Source of the DNA: Cyanidioschyzon merolae
Lineage: Eukaryota
Length of the DNA: 64,000 nt
NCBI GenBank assembly: GCA_000091205.1
Contig: AP006483.2
Strand: one strand, 5' to 3'
Positions 1-11,226 of the stretch are shown one piece after another. A program made the position numbers and the translations under genes. The notes below the pieces were generated by a model. It saw only the letters and a list, made by a program, of their open reading frames with translations, ran no database searches and was not told the origin of the DNA. Within the stretch, counting starts at the first letter, position 1; every line of letters begins with the position of its first letter.

Positions 1-122
1 GCGGTATGCATATCTCGTCGAAAAAAAGCGCCCGATATGAATGTACCAATCCGCTCATCAGGCCTGAATAACCATGAACTTTACACGGGGATACGGCTGC
101 ACCGATTCATCGTCCTAAACCG

Positions 123-231
123 CTACTCCCGTTTCGTCGAGAACGCACCCAGTGCTGGTCGGCTCGCTGGTGTCGCCAGTGTCACCGGTGACGTCCGCTG
201 ATGTCCATCCGCAGTATGATCATAGTCAGCA

Positions 232-268
<37 letters not shown>

Positions 269-2093
269 CAGTAGTAGTAGTCGAATGTTGCAGCGACGCG
301 TAAAACACGCGCAGTTCCTCAAAACGAGCAGCGCATGCGGCTGCGCTTCGTGTCGGAACGAGGGAGGCGATAAGCTGCCACCGGGCTGCACCTTTGGAAG
401 CACCAAAACGTCGCAGCGCCTCCTCCAGTTGCCGCTGCTCACTGACCGTCCAGGAAGCAACATTCGGTGGCGTCAGGCTGGCAATGCGTTGACCAACGCT
501 CTGTGGCGCCCGCATGAGCGCCTGCGCTTGAGCCCGTATCTCAGCCGGCGTATACCGGTGCTGCAACGCTTCCGCGATGCGCGTCCAGCGGTCTCGCGTA
601 CCAGCGGGATACTTTTTCAGTGCACGCGAGAGAAGCGCCAGCTCCTGCGCACTCCATGCATCCGCATTTGCAGCGCGCTGCGTAGACGCGGCATCAGGAG
701 CAATCGTCGCTGCCCCATTTCGGCAACCGCCCACACCGCATGACGTTTCGTGCGATCCCTCTGCGTCTCCGCTGAGCGATGACAACCGCGACGACGAGTT
801 AGAGCCGGCAGTCGTCGCGAGTGCAGCTGCATCGCCACCCGCATCCATGGTGGTGCTTCCAGCGTCTGCGAACTCGCCGCGATGCCTCTGATGCCTTTCG
901 AGCGCATCAGCGCGCCCGGCACGTCCGGTACCCTCATGAACACCAGGCGGTTGTACCAGTGTCTGGCACTGTGCCCCAGGCGTCACTCGATGATCCGTGG
1001 ACGCATGCGACGCCACTGCGTCTACTTCCACAGACGCAGTGCGCAACGCAGGGCGCACAGCTTCTCCATAGACGGCTGCATTCTGAGATAATGACGTTTC
1101 CGCGGGATGCTGCGCCTGCGCAGGCGCTCCATCCGCTGCCTCCAGCCACTGCTCCCGAAAGCGTCGCCGTGCTGCCCGCTCAGCCGCTTTGCGCTGGCGC
1201 TCAGCTTCGCGTATCCTGCGCATACGCGGATCCAACCGATAACTCCGCTCGACAAGCTGCCGAATACGTGCGCGCTCCAGCTGCTTCCGTCGCAGGCGCG
1301 CTTTGCGCTCCTGGCGTTCATGAAAGCGACGTTCCTCGCGAGTCATACTCTGATCCTCCCACAGCTGATCCGCATCTTCCGAAGGGAACTCGCGCCACGA
1401 CTCAAACGCTTGCCAGAACGCGTAAAACGCTAGCACTTCATCGTCTGGTGTCGAGGCATCGCCGAGAAGCGGCACCGGCTGCCGGCAACTCCAGCGTGCA
1501 TTGCGGCGAAACGTTGCCCCGAAGACTGCGTAGAACGCAGCTTCATCGTGCGCATCCTCTTCATCCGGGACACTATCGTCAAAGTTTCCGTCCTTCGAGT
1601 CATAAATCAGGCGACGTTGCGGGTGTAGGAGCACCCGCAGCGCCTGCTGGAGTCCCTGGAATACCTCATGCGCCTGCTGACGTGCGTTCGGAGACAGACG
1701 CACCACTCGATCCGGGTGCACAGCAAGGGATACCCGCTTATACGCTTGTCGAATATCGTCTGTGCTGGCCAGGTATCGAATGTTTTCCAGTCCCAAAAGC
1801 CGGTACCAGTCGCCTTGGCGAACAGCGATCAACAATGCGTCCAGCTTTGCCGGTTGTGGTGCGTTATCCGACACGCTCGGGTCGTCGTGCGTGCCGGTGG
1901 AGTCGGCTTCAGGCAACGCATCGCGAAGGCTGGACTCAAAGCACTCGAAGAAGGTACGCCCAGCGCACTCGAGGCGCCTCGGGCGACAGCGCGCTGCGGA
2001 CGCGAACACCGCACTAGCCGCTGATGTCGTGCTAGCGTACGGAAGCGCCCGCCTGGGTCCCGTCTGTGACCGGGATCGGCTCTCGTGCTCCAT
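123..2093 (-). CDS. DNAJC2: Zuotin / DnaJ subfamily C member 2-like chaperone (J domain followed by two SANT/Myb domains)
   Basis: 656-aa ORF starting at ATG 2093. J-domain signature ...DWYRLLGLENIRYL...IRQAYKRVSLAVHPDRV... lies about 95 aa from the N-terminus, as in zuotin. A charged R/K/E-rich middle region follows. Two C-terminal SANT repeats are present (WSAQELALLSRALKKYPAGTRDRWTRIAEAL; WTVSEQRQLEEALRRFG...RWQLIASLV). The C-terminal poly-Ala comes from the (GCT)n repeat at 229-291. Confidence 0.8.
229..291. repeat. (CAG/GCT)n trinucleotide repeat, encoding poly-Ala at the DNAJC2 C-terminus
   Basis: agcagcagcagc... run. Similar coding GCN/CAG runs occur at about 2250-2280, 3005-3030 and 15090-15125 (poly-Ala in WDR44 and GANP). 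Confidence 0.9.
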
Positions 2094-2111
2094 GCATGGA
2101 AGAGGAGTCTT

Positions 2112-5100
2112 TTACCAAGGCACAAAGTCTGCAGGGATGTTCTCGAAAACCCCAATGGTGCCGTCGTGTGCTGCAACGACGACCACCAGGCCGTCAGAAG
2201 TGGACGTTGCGCGCAGCAGTGCCGCCGTACCAGTTGCAGACGACGACAAGGGCGTTGCTGCTGCTGCTGCTGCTGCTGTTACTGGTGCTGGTGCTATTTT
2301 CGCACGTGTTGGGTAGATGGAAGTGGACGGGCTTCGCTCGATGACGTCCAGTCGATTGGTGCTGCGCTGGGGTGCAAACACCGCAGCTGTAACGTGCGCT
2401 TCACCGAACGGCATGAAGGCCTCGAAACGGTCGTTACGGTAACGACGAATACGAGGCAGTTGACTCGAACTGGTACCGTCGCGGCTTGTGCCTGCTGCTG
2501 CGCTGCTGGACGGATTCGAGGTCAATGCGGATGCGGATGCCCGTTCCGACAGCATACGGTCTGGATAGTACTGCTGCTCGGTACGGGCCGCATTCGTCGT
2601 GCTACTCGGGTTGTTGGTGTTGGTAATGGGCCCTGAGTGCCGCGTCTGCGGGTTACTCGCAAGTGCCGCTGACGCTTCGGGTGCCATTTCATGAGCTGCA
2701 GCAGCGGTGCCGCCACCTGCGTCACGCAACCGGGGCGTGCCTTTCGACCACTGGCTTAGGTGCAAGGCACAACCGGGTGCGCTGTGGTGTCCGGCTTGCT
2801 CGTACAGCACCGTATTCCAGATGTAGACGAGCCGATCCTCACTAGCCGTGATCACGTACCGAAAATCGTCACTGAAACTTGCCCGGATATGGTTCCAAGT
2901 ACAGGAGTGTCCGACGAACTTGCTTACAATGCGCAAGTCCTGAACCCGATACAACCGTATACGACTGTCGTTGGTGCTGATCAATACTTCGTAGTGCTGA
3001 GAGCTGTTGCTGCTGCTGCTGCTGCTGCCGGTGTTGCTGCTGCTGTGTGCACTCGGTGCCATGGTCGCTGCAAACTCGTTGCCGGCGTTCTGTCCAGGTA
3101 CGAAAACGTTGGAGGTCGTCGACACCGCTGGAGCGGTACTGCCGCTGCCGCTGTTGGTGCCTCGACCAGGGCCTCGATCCGGTGTTGGCATCATGGCGAA
3201 ACTGGTGATTTTGCTGCCCTTGCTATTGCGTCCGCGACGACTGTGCACCTCCAGGGTCGTGATGTACTGGAGAGCCCGTTCGCCCTCCTCGAAACGGACA
3301 ACGTTGTAGACTTTGCACTCACCGCGATACGTGCCAACGAGCGCCTGCTCGCCGTTGGGTGTAAACCCACAAGCGGTTACGAGGCCCCGCACTTCTGCAT
3401 AGTCTGAAACGTGCCGCGAGCTAATGTTCCAGAGACGAATACGCTCGTCCAAAGAGCCACTGAGGAAGAAATTCTCGTTCCGCGGATGAAAGGCGACACA
3501 GGTTACAAAATCGGCATGCAGGAACTTGCGCAACACCTGGTTGTAGTCTACGTGCCAAAGACGCACAGTTTTGTCCATAGAGCTGGATAAAAGGAAATTA
3601 TTGGCAGACCACGCGACACAGAGAACGTCACCCCCGTGTCCGCGAAACACTCGATGAGGCTCTCGGACCTCGAATAGACAGCGTGCGTACAGACGCTCGG
3701 GTCCGTCGTCCACGGTGACCGCTGCTCCGTCGCTGCTTTCCGGAGGCGGGGTCAGCAGCCTTTGAAACGCTCGCGCGCCTGCCGTAGCCGGTGAGCGCAA
3801 CCAGCTGGCAATCTCCAACAAGTCCGCATTCGAATAATTCAGCGTGTGCGGCTCGTTCTGCACTTTCCAAACCATGATCACGGCGTCTTGACCGCCAGTC
3901 GCCAGATATCGACCATCGGCAGAGAATTCCATACTCCAGACAGGTCCTGTGTGCGGCCTGAAGCACTGTACCAGACACATGTTGGCGGTGGTGTTAGCTC
4001 CTCGCGACTTGTTCGGAGCATGGACGCGCACAAAGCGCTGTGCAACACGGAATTCCCGAAGCAGCCGTTGGTACTCGCGCTTGTTCAAAGCGCTACCCTT
4101 TTCAGGGAACTTGAATAGAAAGCGCGGCCTACCGAGTACGGTCGTGTCCTCAGTGATAGCGCGTTGCGTCGCTGTACTGGCAGTAGCTGGTGCGGCGGCT
4201 TTTGTAAGCAGGCCCCGGTCGAGGCTGCCCGCGGGTGACCGAAAATCCTCGACTGTGTCGTCGACTACGGAGCCGAACGCTTTTCCATCGCCAGCGAGCG
4301 GCGTCTCTGCGGCCGCACCGGCGGTTGATGTCAGCGATGTGAGCGAGTCTGCACCGGCTTGCACTCGCTGTGTATTGAGCATTGCACCGTCTTGCCTGGT
4401 GCGGGTCGCTGCCGACTTGCTGTGCTGCAAAGCCGCGGCTTGTGTCGAGGATATCGAGGGCGACGCATGCGTCGGTGCTGTTTTCGCGCGCGGTAATAAT
4501 GAAAATGCTCGAATTCGCCCCAGTGGCGTCGAGGAAAAGGTACGTGAACGGCGACTTTTCGTACCGGAGCTTGCGCCCGTCGGATCGTCCTGGTGGGGGT
4601 CACGACGCTGCATGACGGAACGTTGTCGCCGCATCAGTTGCTGCACTGTATCCGCGGAAGTCATCTGGGCAACTTCCTGCTCAGTGAGATACCGTTCTTC
4701 ACCGGTATCCAAGTTCTTAATAAGAAATTCTACACCCTGCTGCGGCTTCCTCGAATCACCCGCGGATCGCTCTCTCATCCGAGTGATCACTTGAAACCCA
4801 GCTTGATCCACTTCAGCAGTACCGAACTCTAGAAGCAGATCTCGTCGACTCGAATCCGGAGACGGTTTGCGCAGTGGCTGGGTTAGCCTGTGCAGCAAAC
4901 TGCGTCCCGACTCTGGGGCAGTGCTGAGGCGGCCCCTCAGGTCCGTGTCACCACCTGCACTGGTGCCGATTGGTGCAGCTAAACTGCCGCTTCCGCTCCT
5001 TTCGAAAGCCGGCGGGTACGTGGCGTCATCGACACTGCGGCTGCGATGCCGCTGACCGGTGCTGGAACCCGAGCGCTGATGCTCCGGGTGCCTTGCACGC

Positions 5101-5552
5101 GTCTCCGAAACTATACTGGTCCGTTTGGGAAGGTTTTTCCCGACGAAGCCTCGAACGGAAGAGAGGAAGCCGCGGAAGCTCAACCACGAGGAGTCCGAAG
5201 CAGGTACATCGGAGCTGGAGCCCACCTCACCGAGTGAATGTCGGGCAGCAGCTGGTCCAGCGATGTCACTAGTTGATACAACGGCACCGCCAGTGCCTCT
5301 TTCGATTTCCGATACCAACGACTTGCAGTCAAGGGGTGCGGGATCCACTTCTGTGGTCTCTTGCGGAGTGGCAGCCAGGTCGAGTGCGCTACCGTAGGAG
5401 CGCAGTGACGAATAACTCATTTCAGGAAGCGCAGAGCCCCGGGAGATACGCTCAGGGCTCGAGTCAAAGCTCTCTGTTCCCGTACGCGATCTTGAATCAC
5501 TCGCGTCACTGCCGATACGTACATAACGCCCAGAGAGCGTCTTTTGATTCAT
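2112..5552 (-). CDS. WDR44: WD40-repeat protein, WDR44 (rabphilin-11)-like
   Basis: 1146-aa ORF starting at ATG 5552. The C-terminal half (HTGPVWSMEFSADGRYLATGGQD ... LLSSSMDKTVRLWHV ... FHPRNENFFLSGSLDERIRLWNI ... SRRGRNSKGSKITS ... DSRIRLY ... ASEDRLVYIWN) aligns closely with the conserved WD propeller of metazoan WDR44. The long N-terminal region is Ser/Ala-rich and disordered. Confidence 0.8.
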   Translation of the reverse strand: MNQKTLSGRYVRIGSDASDSRSRTGTESFDSSPERISRGSALPEMSYSSLRSYGSALDLAATPQETTEVDPAPLDCKSLVSEIERGTGGAVVSTSDIAGPAAARHSLGEVGSSSDVPASDSSWLSFRGFLSSVRGFVGKNLPKRTSIVSETRARHPEHQRSGSSTGQRHRSRSVDDATYPPAFERSGSGSLAAPIGTSAGGDTDLRGRLSTAPESGRSLLHRLTQPLRKPSPDSSRRDLLLEFGTAEVDQAGFQVITRMRERSAGDSRKPQQGVEFLIKNLDTGEERYLTEQEVAQMTSADTVQQLMRRQRSVMQRRDPHQDDPTGASSGTKSRRSRTFSSTPLGRIRAFSLLPRAKTAPTHASPSISSTQAAALQHSKSAATRTRQDGAMLNTQRVQAGADSLTSLTSTAGAAAETPLAGDGKAFGSVVDDTVEDFRSPAGSLDRGLLTKAAAPATASTATQRAITEDTTVLGRPRFLFKFPEKGSALNKREYQRLLREFRVAQRFVRVHAPNKSRGANTTANMCLVQCFRPHTGPVWSMEFSADGRYLATGGQDAVIMVWKVQNEPHTLNYSNADLLEIASWLRSPATAGARAFQRLLTPPPESSDGAAVTVDDGPERLYARCLFEVREPHRVFRGHGGDVLCVAWSANNFLLSSSMDKTVRLWHVDYNQVLRKFLHADFVTCVAFHPRNENFFLSGSLDERIRLWNISSRHVSDYAEVRGLVTACGFTPNGEQALVGTYRGECKVYNVVRFEEGERALQYITTLEVHSRRGRNSKGSKITSFAMMPTPDRGPGRGTNSGSGSTAPAVSTTSNVFVPGQNAGNEFAATMAPSAHSSSNTGSSSSSSNSSQHYEVLISTNDSRIRLYRVQDLRIVSKFVGHSCTWNHIRASFSDDFRYVITASEDRLVYIWNTVLYEQAGHHSAPGCALHLSQWSKGTPRLRDAGGGTAAAAHEMAPEASAALASNPQTRHSGPITNTNNPSSTTNAARTEQQYYPDRMLSERASASALTSNPSSSAAAGTSRDGTSSSQLPRIRRYRNDRFEAFMPFGEAHVTAAVFAPQRSTNRLDVIERSPSTSIYPTRAKIAPAPVTAAAAAAATPLSSSATGTAALLRATSTSDGLVVVVAAHDGTIGVFENIPADFVPW

Positions 5553-6099
5553 AACCTGCTCGGCAGCGTTGCCGCTCAGCGTGTTCCGCTCTGTTCCGCG
5601 TTATTTCCGGAACCTTACGCAAGGTCTTGAGTGCTGGGTTCCACGGAGACACACACACACACACACCGGTTCGCAAGCCTTGCACGCTCCACTGAAAGCA
5701 ACCTTGTCCGCGCCACGACAAGCTCACCCGCTTTTCCACCTGCAATAAGTGCACTGGAGCTCCTCAGGAAGCTCAGGTTCCTGGAATTTTACTCGTACAA
5801 ACGAGTTTCTTACGATCCGCGTTGACTCGTTCCGTTGGCGTCGCACGAGCACTAGTGCCAGCTCGCAAAGCAAAACACCCCTGACCGGAATGACGACACT
5901 CGGGCGCCACTGGCCTGTCTCCAGCAAGCTTCGCAAGAAGCCACTGACCACAGACTGATAAAGTGCGTTAACGAAAACTTACCTCGACGGAAGCAGGCAC
6001 CGCTAAGGGAGTAAAGAGCGCGTTCCTCCGAGCTACAAAGGCAGCTCACTGGTGTCGACGTCGAAACCCGTACAAAAACTCCAGTATCTAACCAGTAGG

Positions 6100-8600
6100 T
6101 TCTGCAACTGCTTCCCTGCGCACAAGTCGGCGCGATAGAGCACGCCACACCGATCGCCTGCTTATCGATGCACCGACGTGCACAAGTCTCCCAGTCTTTT
6201 TGACCGGCTCCCTGTTACCGGTTTCAACTTGTTCTTCTACGTTTCTACCTTGAGAGGCTGACCGACAAAGTTGTCTCTCGTCAGTTCCAGGAGTCTCTTC
6301 TCCAGCACGGCATAGCTCTTTATATTGATAGAAGCACTAAAGTCTCGGTTCACGCACTCCAGGCGTTTCTCGTCGCCGCTTGTACTCACCAGTGCAGGGA
6401 GTCCTCGAACCTGTGCCCTGCTTTCCATTTCCTGCCCTTCCGTCACCGCTCCGTACTTTTGGATATCCCCAGGGCTCCTTTGGCACTTTTCCATCTCAAC
6501 CCTCTGAAGTGTACACCCTAGCTCGTGATGAATGGATGACGTTCCGAACGCATTTATCAGTATCGAAACGAAAAGGTGTGCGCAGTCCTTGTACGCTCGT
6601 GTCGACGGAGCTGGTATACAACCTTTTGTGGACGCCCAGCGTCCTGATCCGTATGCTAATACGAGCATTTTACGCTTGTCCTCCTTGAGGGCCCTCAACT
6701 CATTGAAGAACTTGTCAAATGCACGCTGCTTTCCTCTGTGCAGACGCATATGCAGACGAGCCCATCTGGTCTTGGTGTACTGTTGCCACAGCGCCTCCCA
6801 ATGAGCAGTACAAACTTTCATGAATTCCAGAAAAGCCTCAAAGTCCGCTCCTCGGCTAGTCACCTCGCTCAAAGCTTCCAGGTGCTCTTTCACTCCTCGA
6901 TTCTATTCCTTAATTTTTTCCTCGCGTTCATTTTTCCGGATTCTCGATCGTATCTTGCTCTCGAGAAATTTAAAAGACACATGTCTTCTGACGTAAGCTG
7001 CCGTCAGTGCCATCTTCCGCACGCTTGGGTGCTGCGATGGTCATGATATTCGTGTCCCCAGGGTCCGCGCCAACGACATTGTCGTTCTCCTGGACCTCCT
7101 GCATCACAGGATCCGCCTCGTATATATGTTCATGTTTCGTCGCGGGCGAAGCCGGGGACGGAACTGGACGATCTACCTTCAAGCACTTATAATCTACAAA
7201 TATGGCTACTCCATCACTTTTGATCATCCCAGGGAATAACTTTTGCTTGCTCACTTTGAGGCGTTCGAAATCGAACATATTCTTCCAGTACGTCTCCCGG
7301 TTTTCACCGGAGAACTCGAAATTCCTTACATCGAACTCTGGACTGATCTCCTTCATGATGCCATGAAGGACGCTCGAGTCGATTGCCACAATATCTGACT
7401 TGACGGTGCACAACGGAGCGACATGGAAGCGCTTACCCATTAGGGCAGCCTCCCGTCTCTCCGACTCTTCATTTTTTCCCCACTCAGCTTCATCTCTGCC
7501 TTGCGTTCGAGTTCTCGGTCCAAAAACACAAAATACCGTAGAATGAGGCGATAGTATCTTTCCGTATCCTTTTTCAACTCTGATATCTTTTCTACTGGAT
7601 TCGCTAGCCCCAGTACCGCACGACGCTCTTGAATAGACGCACGGATTCCAGAAGCTTCATTCCTTCTCATGTGTGATGTCTTCTTGTCTACGGATTCGAT
7701 CCTCTGTTCATTCTCCCTATCGTTCGTGATGCCATCGATGGTGACCCATCTCGCCCTGTGAGGCAGGGCCGCCTATAATGCAAACGCGGTGCGTATCATG
7801 AAACGTTCGAGGTTCATAGTCATATCGCTCATCAGGTACGTGGGGTACTTCATCGCTCCGTAGGTGCGAATTCGCCAGTCTCCCCTCTATCGAGTACCGT
7901 TGAGGCGGTATTCGGCGTACTTTTTGTGCAGTATACACACTCGCGCATTTTTCGTCGACATATCCCAGGTGCTTACCATCCGGTAGCGTATAACGGTCTC
8001 GTTGAAAAATTCCTCCGGAACCTCGACTTTTTTGGTGTCCGTCACGTTGTTGTATATCTCTTTTACCAAATGCACTAGTACTGGAAAAGCCTTTACAATA
8101 CTCAAGGAGTACGACTCGACACGGTTTCCGATGGCCTCTCGCAACTTCTGCTTGTACGGATCCTTGATACATCCAAGAAAACGAGCTTTCACTACCATCT
8201 CGTCGTACTGTCGTCTTTGATGCAGGCATAGACGTCTGGGATCCTGTCTCAGCTTCTTGGACGTGTCTTGTTCCTCTTTGCTCGGCACTGTTCTCCGTTT
8301 TCTTCCGGCAGCCGGTGACACCAGGCCTCCAGGATCCTCTACTTCCTTCTCCACAACTTGCCTTTTTTCTATAATTTTAGATTGAATGCTCTTTGAACGC
8401 CTCTGCTGTAAACAGTGTAAAATCACTTGAATTCACTAACTTGAGGGTCGAAGCATAAGTGAACTGAAAACTATACTTTGTTATGACTTGAATGTAAATA
8501 CAAGTTGTGCGTTAGACACCAAGTCAACGAATGATCAGGATCGCATATCCCTTCAATGCCGAGATGCTCGTCGCGTCTGATGCCTCCAAGATGCGGAAAT
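6100..8600 (-). mobile_element. Fanzor/TnpB-like element, copy A (degenerate; interior of window)
   Basis: Homologous at DNA and protein level to the elements at 54.5-57.4 kb and 60.6-63.1 kb. It shares the conserved 5'-flank block (8460-8520, ...gaactgaaaactatactttgttatgacttgaatgtaaatacaag...) and the conserved block just 3' of the stop (6150-6236, ...gacgtgcacaagtctcccagtctttttgaccggctcc...). Boundaries are approximate, taken from where inter-copy similarity fades. Confidence 0.6.
6237..8426 (-). pseudogene. TnpB/Fanzor-like RuvC nuclease ORF broken into at least 5 frame fragments (7887-8426, 7717-8229, 7440-7670, 6970-7440, 6237-6893)
   Basis: Fragment 6970-7440 ends in the RuvC-I-like motif VVGADPGDTNIMTIAAP. 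Fragment 6237-6893 carries ...HELGC..EKC...C followed by the RuvC-III-like VNRDFSASINI. The expected RuvC-II YEFRTS motif reads INAFGTS here (acidic residue lost). Frameshifts occur at about 7440 and about 7890, with a gap at 6894-6969. Confidence 0.6.
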
Positions 8601-9404
8601 GCGCTAACCGACCGGACTATATAGAGCAAAGAACAGAAACGAACCATTAAATAGCAACGAGATGGCAATTTCTTTCCCCTCTACGGTAAACGTTAGAAAA
8701 TGGCAAACGCTTTCCGTATAATCGAATGTCTACAGGTGGCATGTCCCGCGTGCCGGACGAGTCTGCAGGGCTAATGCTTCGTGCTCGCCCCAGTGGCAGA
8801 TGCTTTATTGAGACCTGCGCAACTCGTCCGAAACGCTGCTTATTCTGGGACTAGGAGCGGCTAGCTTGCATCTGGGCATCGCGCTTGTCTCAGCGGACTC
8901 CTCGTGTATTCCTTCGCGCTGCCGCATGCAGTAGATCTGTCTGAACAGATTCCAAGCCCCCAGAATAATAATGAATCGCGACCCGGTATCGCGCTAGCCA
9001 CGCCTCGAGCCAACGTCATCACTCGCATGGTAAAAACGATCTATCTCCGTGATGCTTGTGCTCCAGCGGCATAGGCGCTCCTGCAGGTACAGCACGACAG
9101 GCACTCGGCGCTCGATCGAACGCACAAAACGAATTGTATATCCGAAAAGAAGTATAGGTCATGCAACTTGGAGAAAGGATGCAGCAGCACGATGTACGCC
9201 TCCTCGAAAGCCAATATCCATCCAATCCGCAACCTGAAATCCAAGGTCAACGGACACTTTTCAGCCATCGACAGAATTCCCGCTGCGCTACGCCGCGCGT
9301 ACCCGCAGGCTGCGCGCAGGCGCCCCGTTTCCAATCGATTCGAGCGTTTTCAAACGCAGTGCTCCGTATAGGCACGAGTTCCAGCGCCAAAAGTGCGTGA
9401 TAGA

Positions 9405-9704
9405 ATGCCGGCTCAGCAGATACAGTACTCGGAAAAATATTATGATGATACATACGAGTACCGTCACGTTATTCTGCCCCCAGATATTGCGCGTCTTTTG
9501 CCGAAGAACAAACTTCTCAGCGAGGCAGAGTGGCGGAGCCTTGGCGTGCAGCAGTCACGGGGCTGGGTTCACTACGCTATCCATCGACCAGAGCCCCATA
9601 TTCTCCTATTTAGACGCCCGTTGAACTACTCGCAGGGTGCTACTACTGCGACGACGGGGCTATCGCAGAACCCTTCTGAATCTGCCTCACACGCCGTTCC
9701 GTGA
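9405..9704 (+). CDS. CKS1: Cyclin-dependent kinase regulatory subunit CKS1
   Basis: 99 aa from ATG 9405; the track ORF begins at GTG 9393. [68 protein letters not shown] is near-identical in pattern to eukaryotic Cks1/Suc1. Confidence 0.9.
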   Translation: MPAQQIQYSEKYYDDTYEYRHVILPPDIARLLPKNKLLSEAEWRSLGVQQSRGWVHYAIHRPEPHILLFRRPLNYSQGATTATTGLSQNPSESASHAVP

Positions 9705-10614
9705 ACAGCAGAGGATGCGGGGAATCGCTCACCGGCCGCGTCGTTCGGGTGACAGCGGTAGCATTCCCCAGCAAAAAACGTCTTGATGCAAGCGGTACTA
9801 GATGCTTGTATTCGGTTGCGTTGAAGTTACTGCATTCGTTCTTCTGAAACTGTCGCGGAATGAGACCGGGTGTGGTACGACTGGTCAGGGGTGCTTTGCA
9901 GCAAGCCCAGGCCTCGTTTGACGGGAGTATGCGAGCTAGCGCCCCAGCGCGCTCGCCACCTCAGGTACACGCTTTCAGTTCAATGCCTCTGGTTGTCTGA
10001 TTGGCATGGTCCGCTTCGGATTCGGTCTCAAGAGTTGTGACGCTGCGTGCGCCGCCTTGCCCTACTTTCCGCAGCAGCAATGCTGCGGGCCTGCTCGGCA
10101 ACCGTGAGAGTTGACGTTGTCTGGGGTTCGCTGAAGACGCACAGGCAACTGATTCCCCTGAAAAGGTTCGAAGTAGCGGTGATTGCGCTCCAATGTCCAG
10201 AGATGCTACGCAAATAGCGTTATAGCGGATCTTTTGGACCAACAGGGACGAAAGCATGGATTGCGCTTACCCGACAGCACCTGGACGATGCTTACAACCT
10301 GACGAGTGAGGGCCCCGTGTGCTCGTAATGAAAATTTGCACAGTTTAATGTGAACGCAATTTCGTAAAATCGAATGCTCACATCTAGCATCTGCACCTGA
10401 AGCGGTCGAGGAGGCAGCGTCTCTGTCGCGGCGCATCAGACATGGACGCCAATGCAGCAGCCCTGTTACAGGAACGGATTGCACACAGCGGGTGTACGTA
10501 AGCTGTTCAAGCAAGTGCCCGTCCCCCGCCTGCAACGCACAGGGCGGGATCGCCTGCTCAATAGTGCGGTATCCGTGCGCCCCAGCACGATGCTAGCCGC
10601 TCTAGAGATGGGTG

Positions 10615-11226
10615 TTACCTGGCGCTTTCCGCCGCTTCATCCGCCTGCTCCGCGAGCTCAACACAGTGTCGAACTCCAGGCTGCGGCGGGTTCAACGCAG
10701 GCTCTGACGACTTCGAGAACGACCAGTCCAGGAACGCCCCAAAAGCACCGAGCACCGCGCAGATACCGACCCCAGTGCCGAGCGAGCCAGCGCGAACCCC
10801 AAACGCGCTGCCCGCGAGACAGCCGCCTATCGCGCTATTCCAGGGGTCTTGTTTGTCACCACGAAGCGCTCGTGCTGAGTATTCGCCCACGACGAACAGA
10901 CCGCCAATGCTGGACAGGAAACCAGCGTGCGCAGCTACGGTGCGCCACGGTGACTGCAGAGCCGGGTGCACAGGCGCACCGCCTTGTGCGCTCGTCGCGG
11001 ATGTGAAGTCTACAGGCCTGACGCTCCTCGAGAGACCCTGGAAGCTAAACGGGGCACGACGTGGACGCTCGCCCGGTTTCGTGGCTTGGAACTGCGCGAG
11101 CGGGTTCTGCTCGTAGCTGTGCCAGTAGACGATGGAAGCACCCATTGCAGTTCCTAGCAGAGCACCTGTTACCATGCTCTGTACCAGCGTAGGCAAGAAG
11201 CCTGCATCATCCTGATCCGAGGCCAT
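10615..11226 (-). CDS. Tim17/Tim22/Tim23 (PRAT) family mitochondrial inner-membrane translocase subunit
   Basis: 203 aa from the first ATG (11226); the track start at 11574 is a TTG. The Gly-zipper membrane segments NSAIGGCLAGSAFGVRAGSLGTGVGICAVLGAFGAFLD are typical of the Tim17 family. I cannot assign a subfamily. Confidence 0.55.
   Translation of the reverse strand: MASDQDDAGFLPTLVQSMVTGALLGTAMGASIVYWHSYEQNPLAQFQATKPGERPRRAPFSFQGLSRSVRPVDFTSATSAQGGAPVHPALQSPWRTVAAHAGFLSSIGGLFVVGEYSARALRGDKQDPWNSAIGGCLAGSAFGVRAGSLGTGVGICAVLGAFGAFLDWSFSKSSEPALNPPQPGVRHCVELAEQADEAAESAR

Noticed and set aside
821-2017. Long plus-strand ORFs (398 aa here; also 2760-3407, 3949-4794, 14045-14560, 15636-16472, 11971-12254 and others) overlapping annotated minus-strand genes
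   Set aside because: They are antisense to strong domain-bearing genes and are low-complexity and Arg/Ala/Pro-rich, as expected for spurious ORFs in about 60% GC DNA. None has a recognisable motif.
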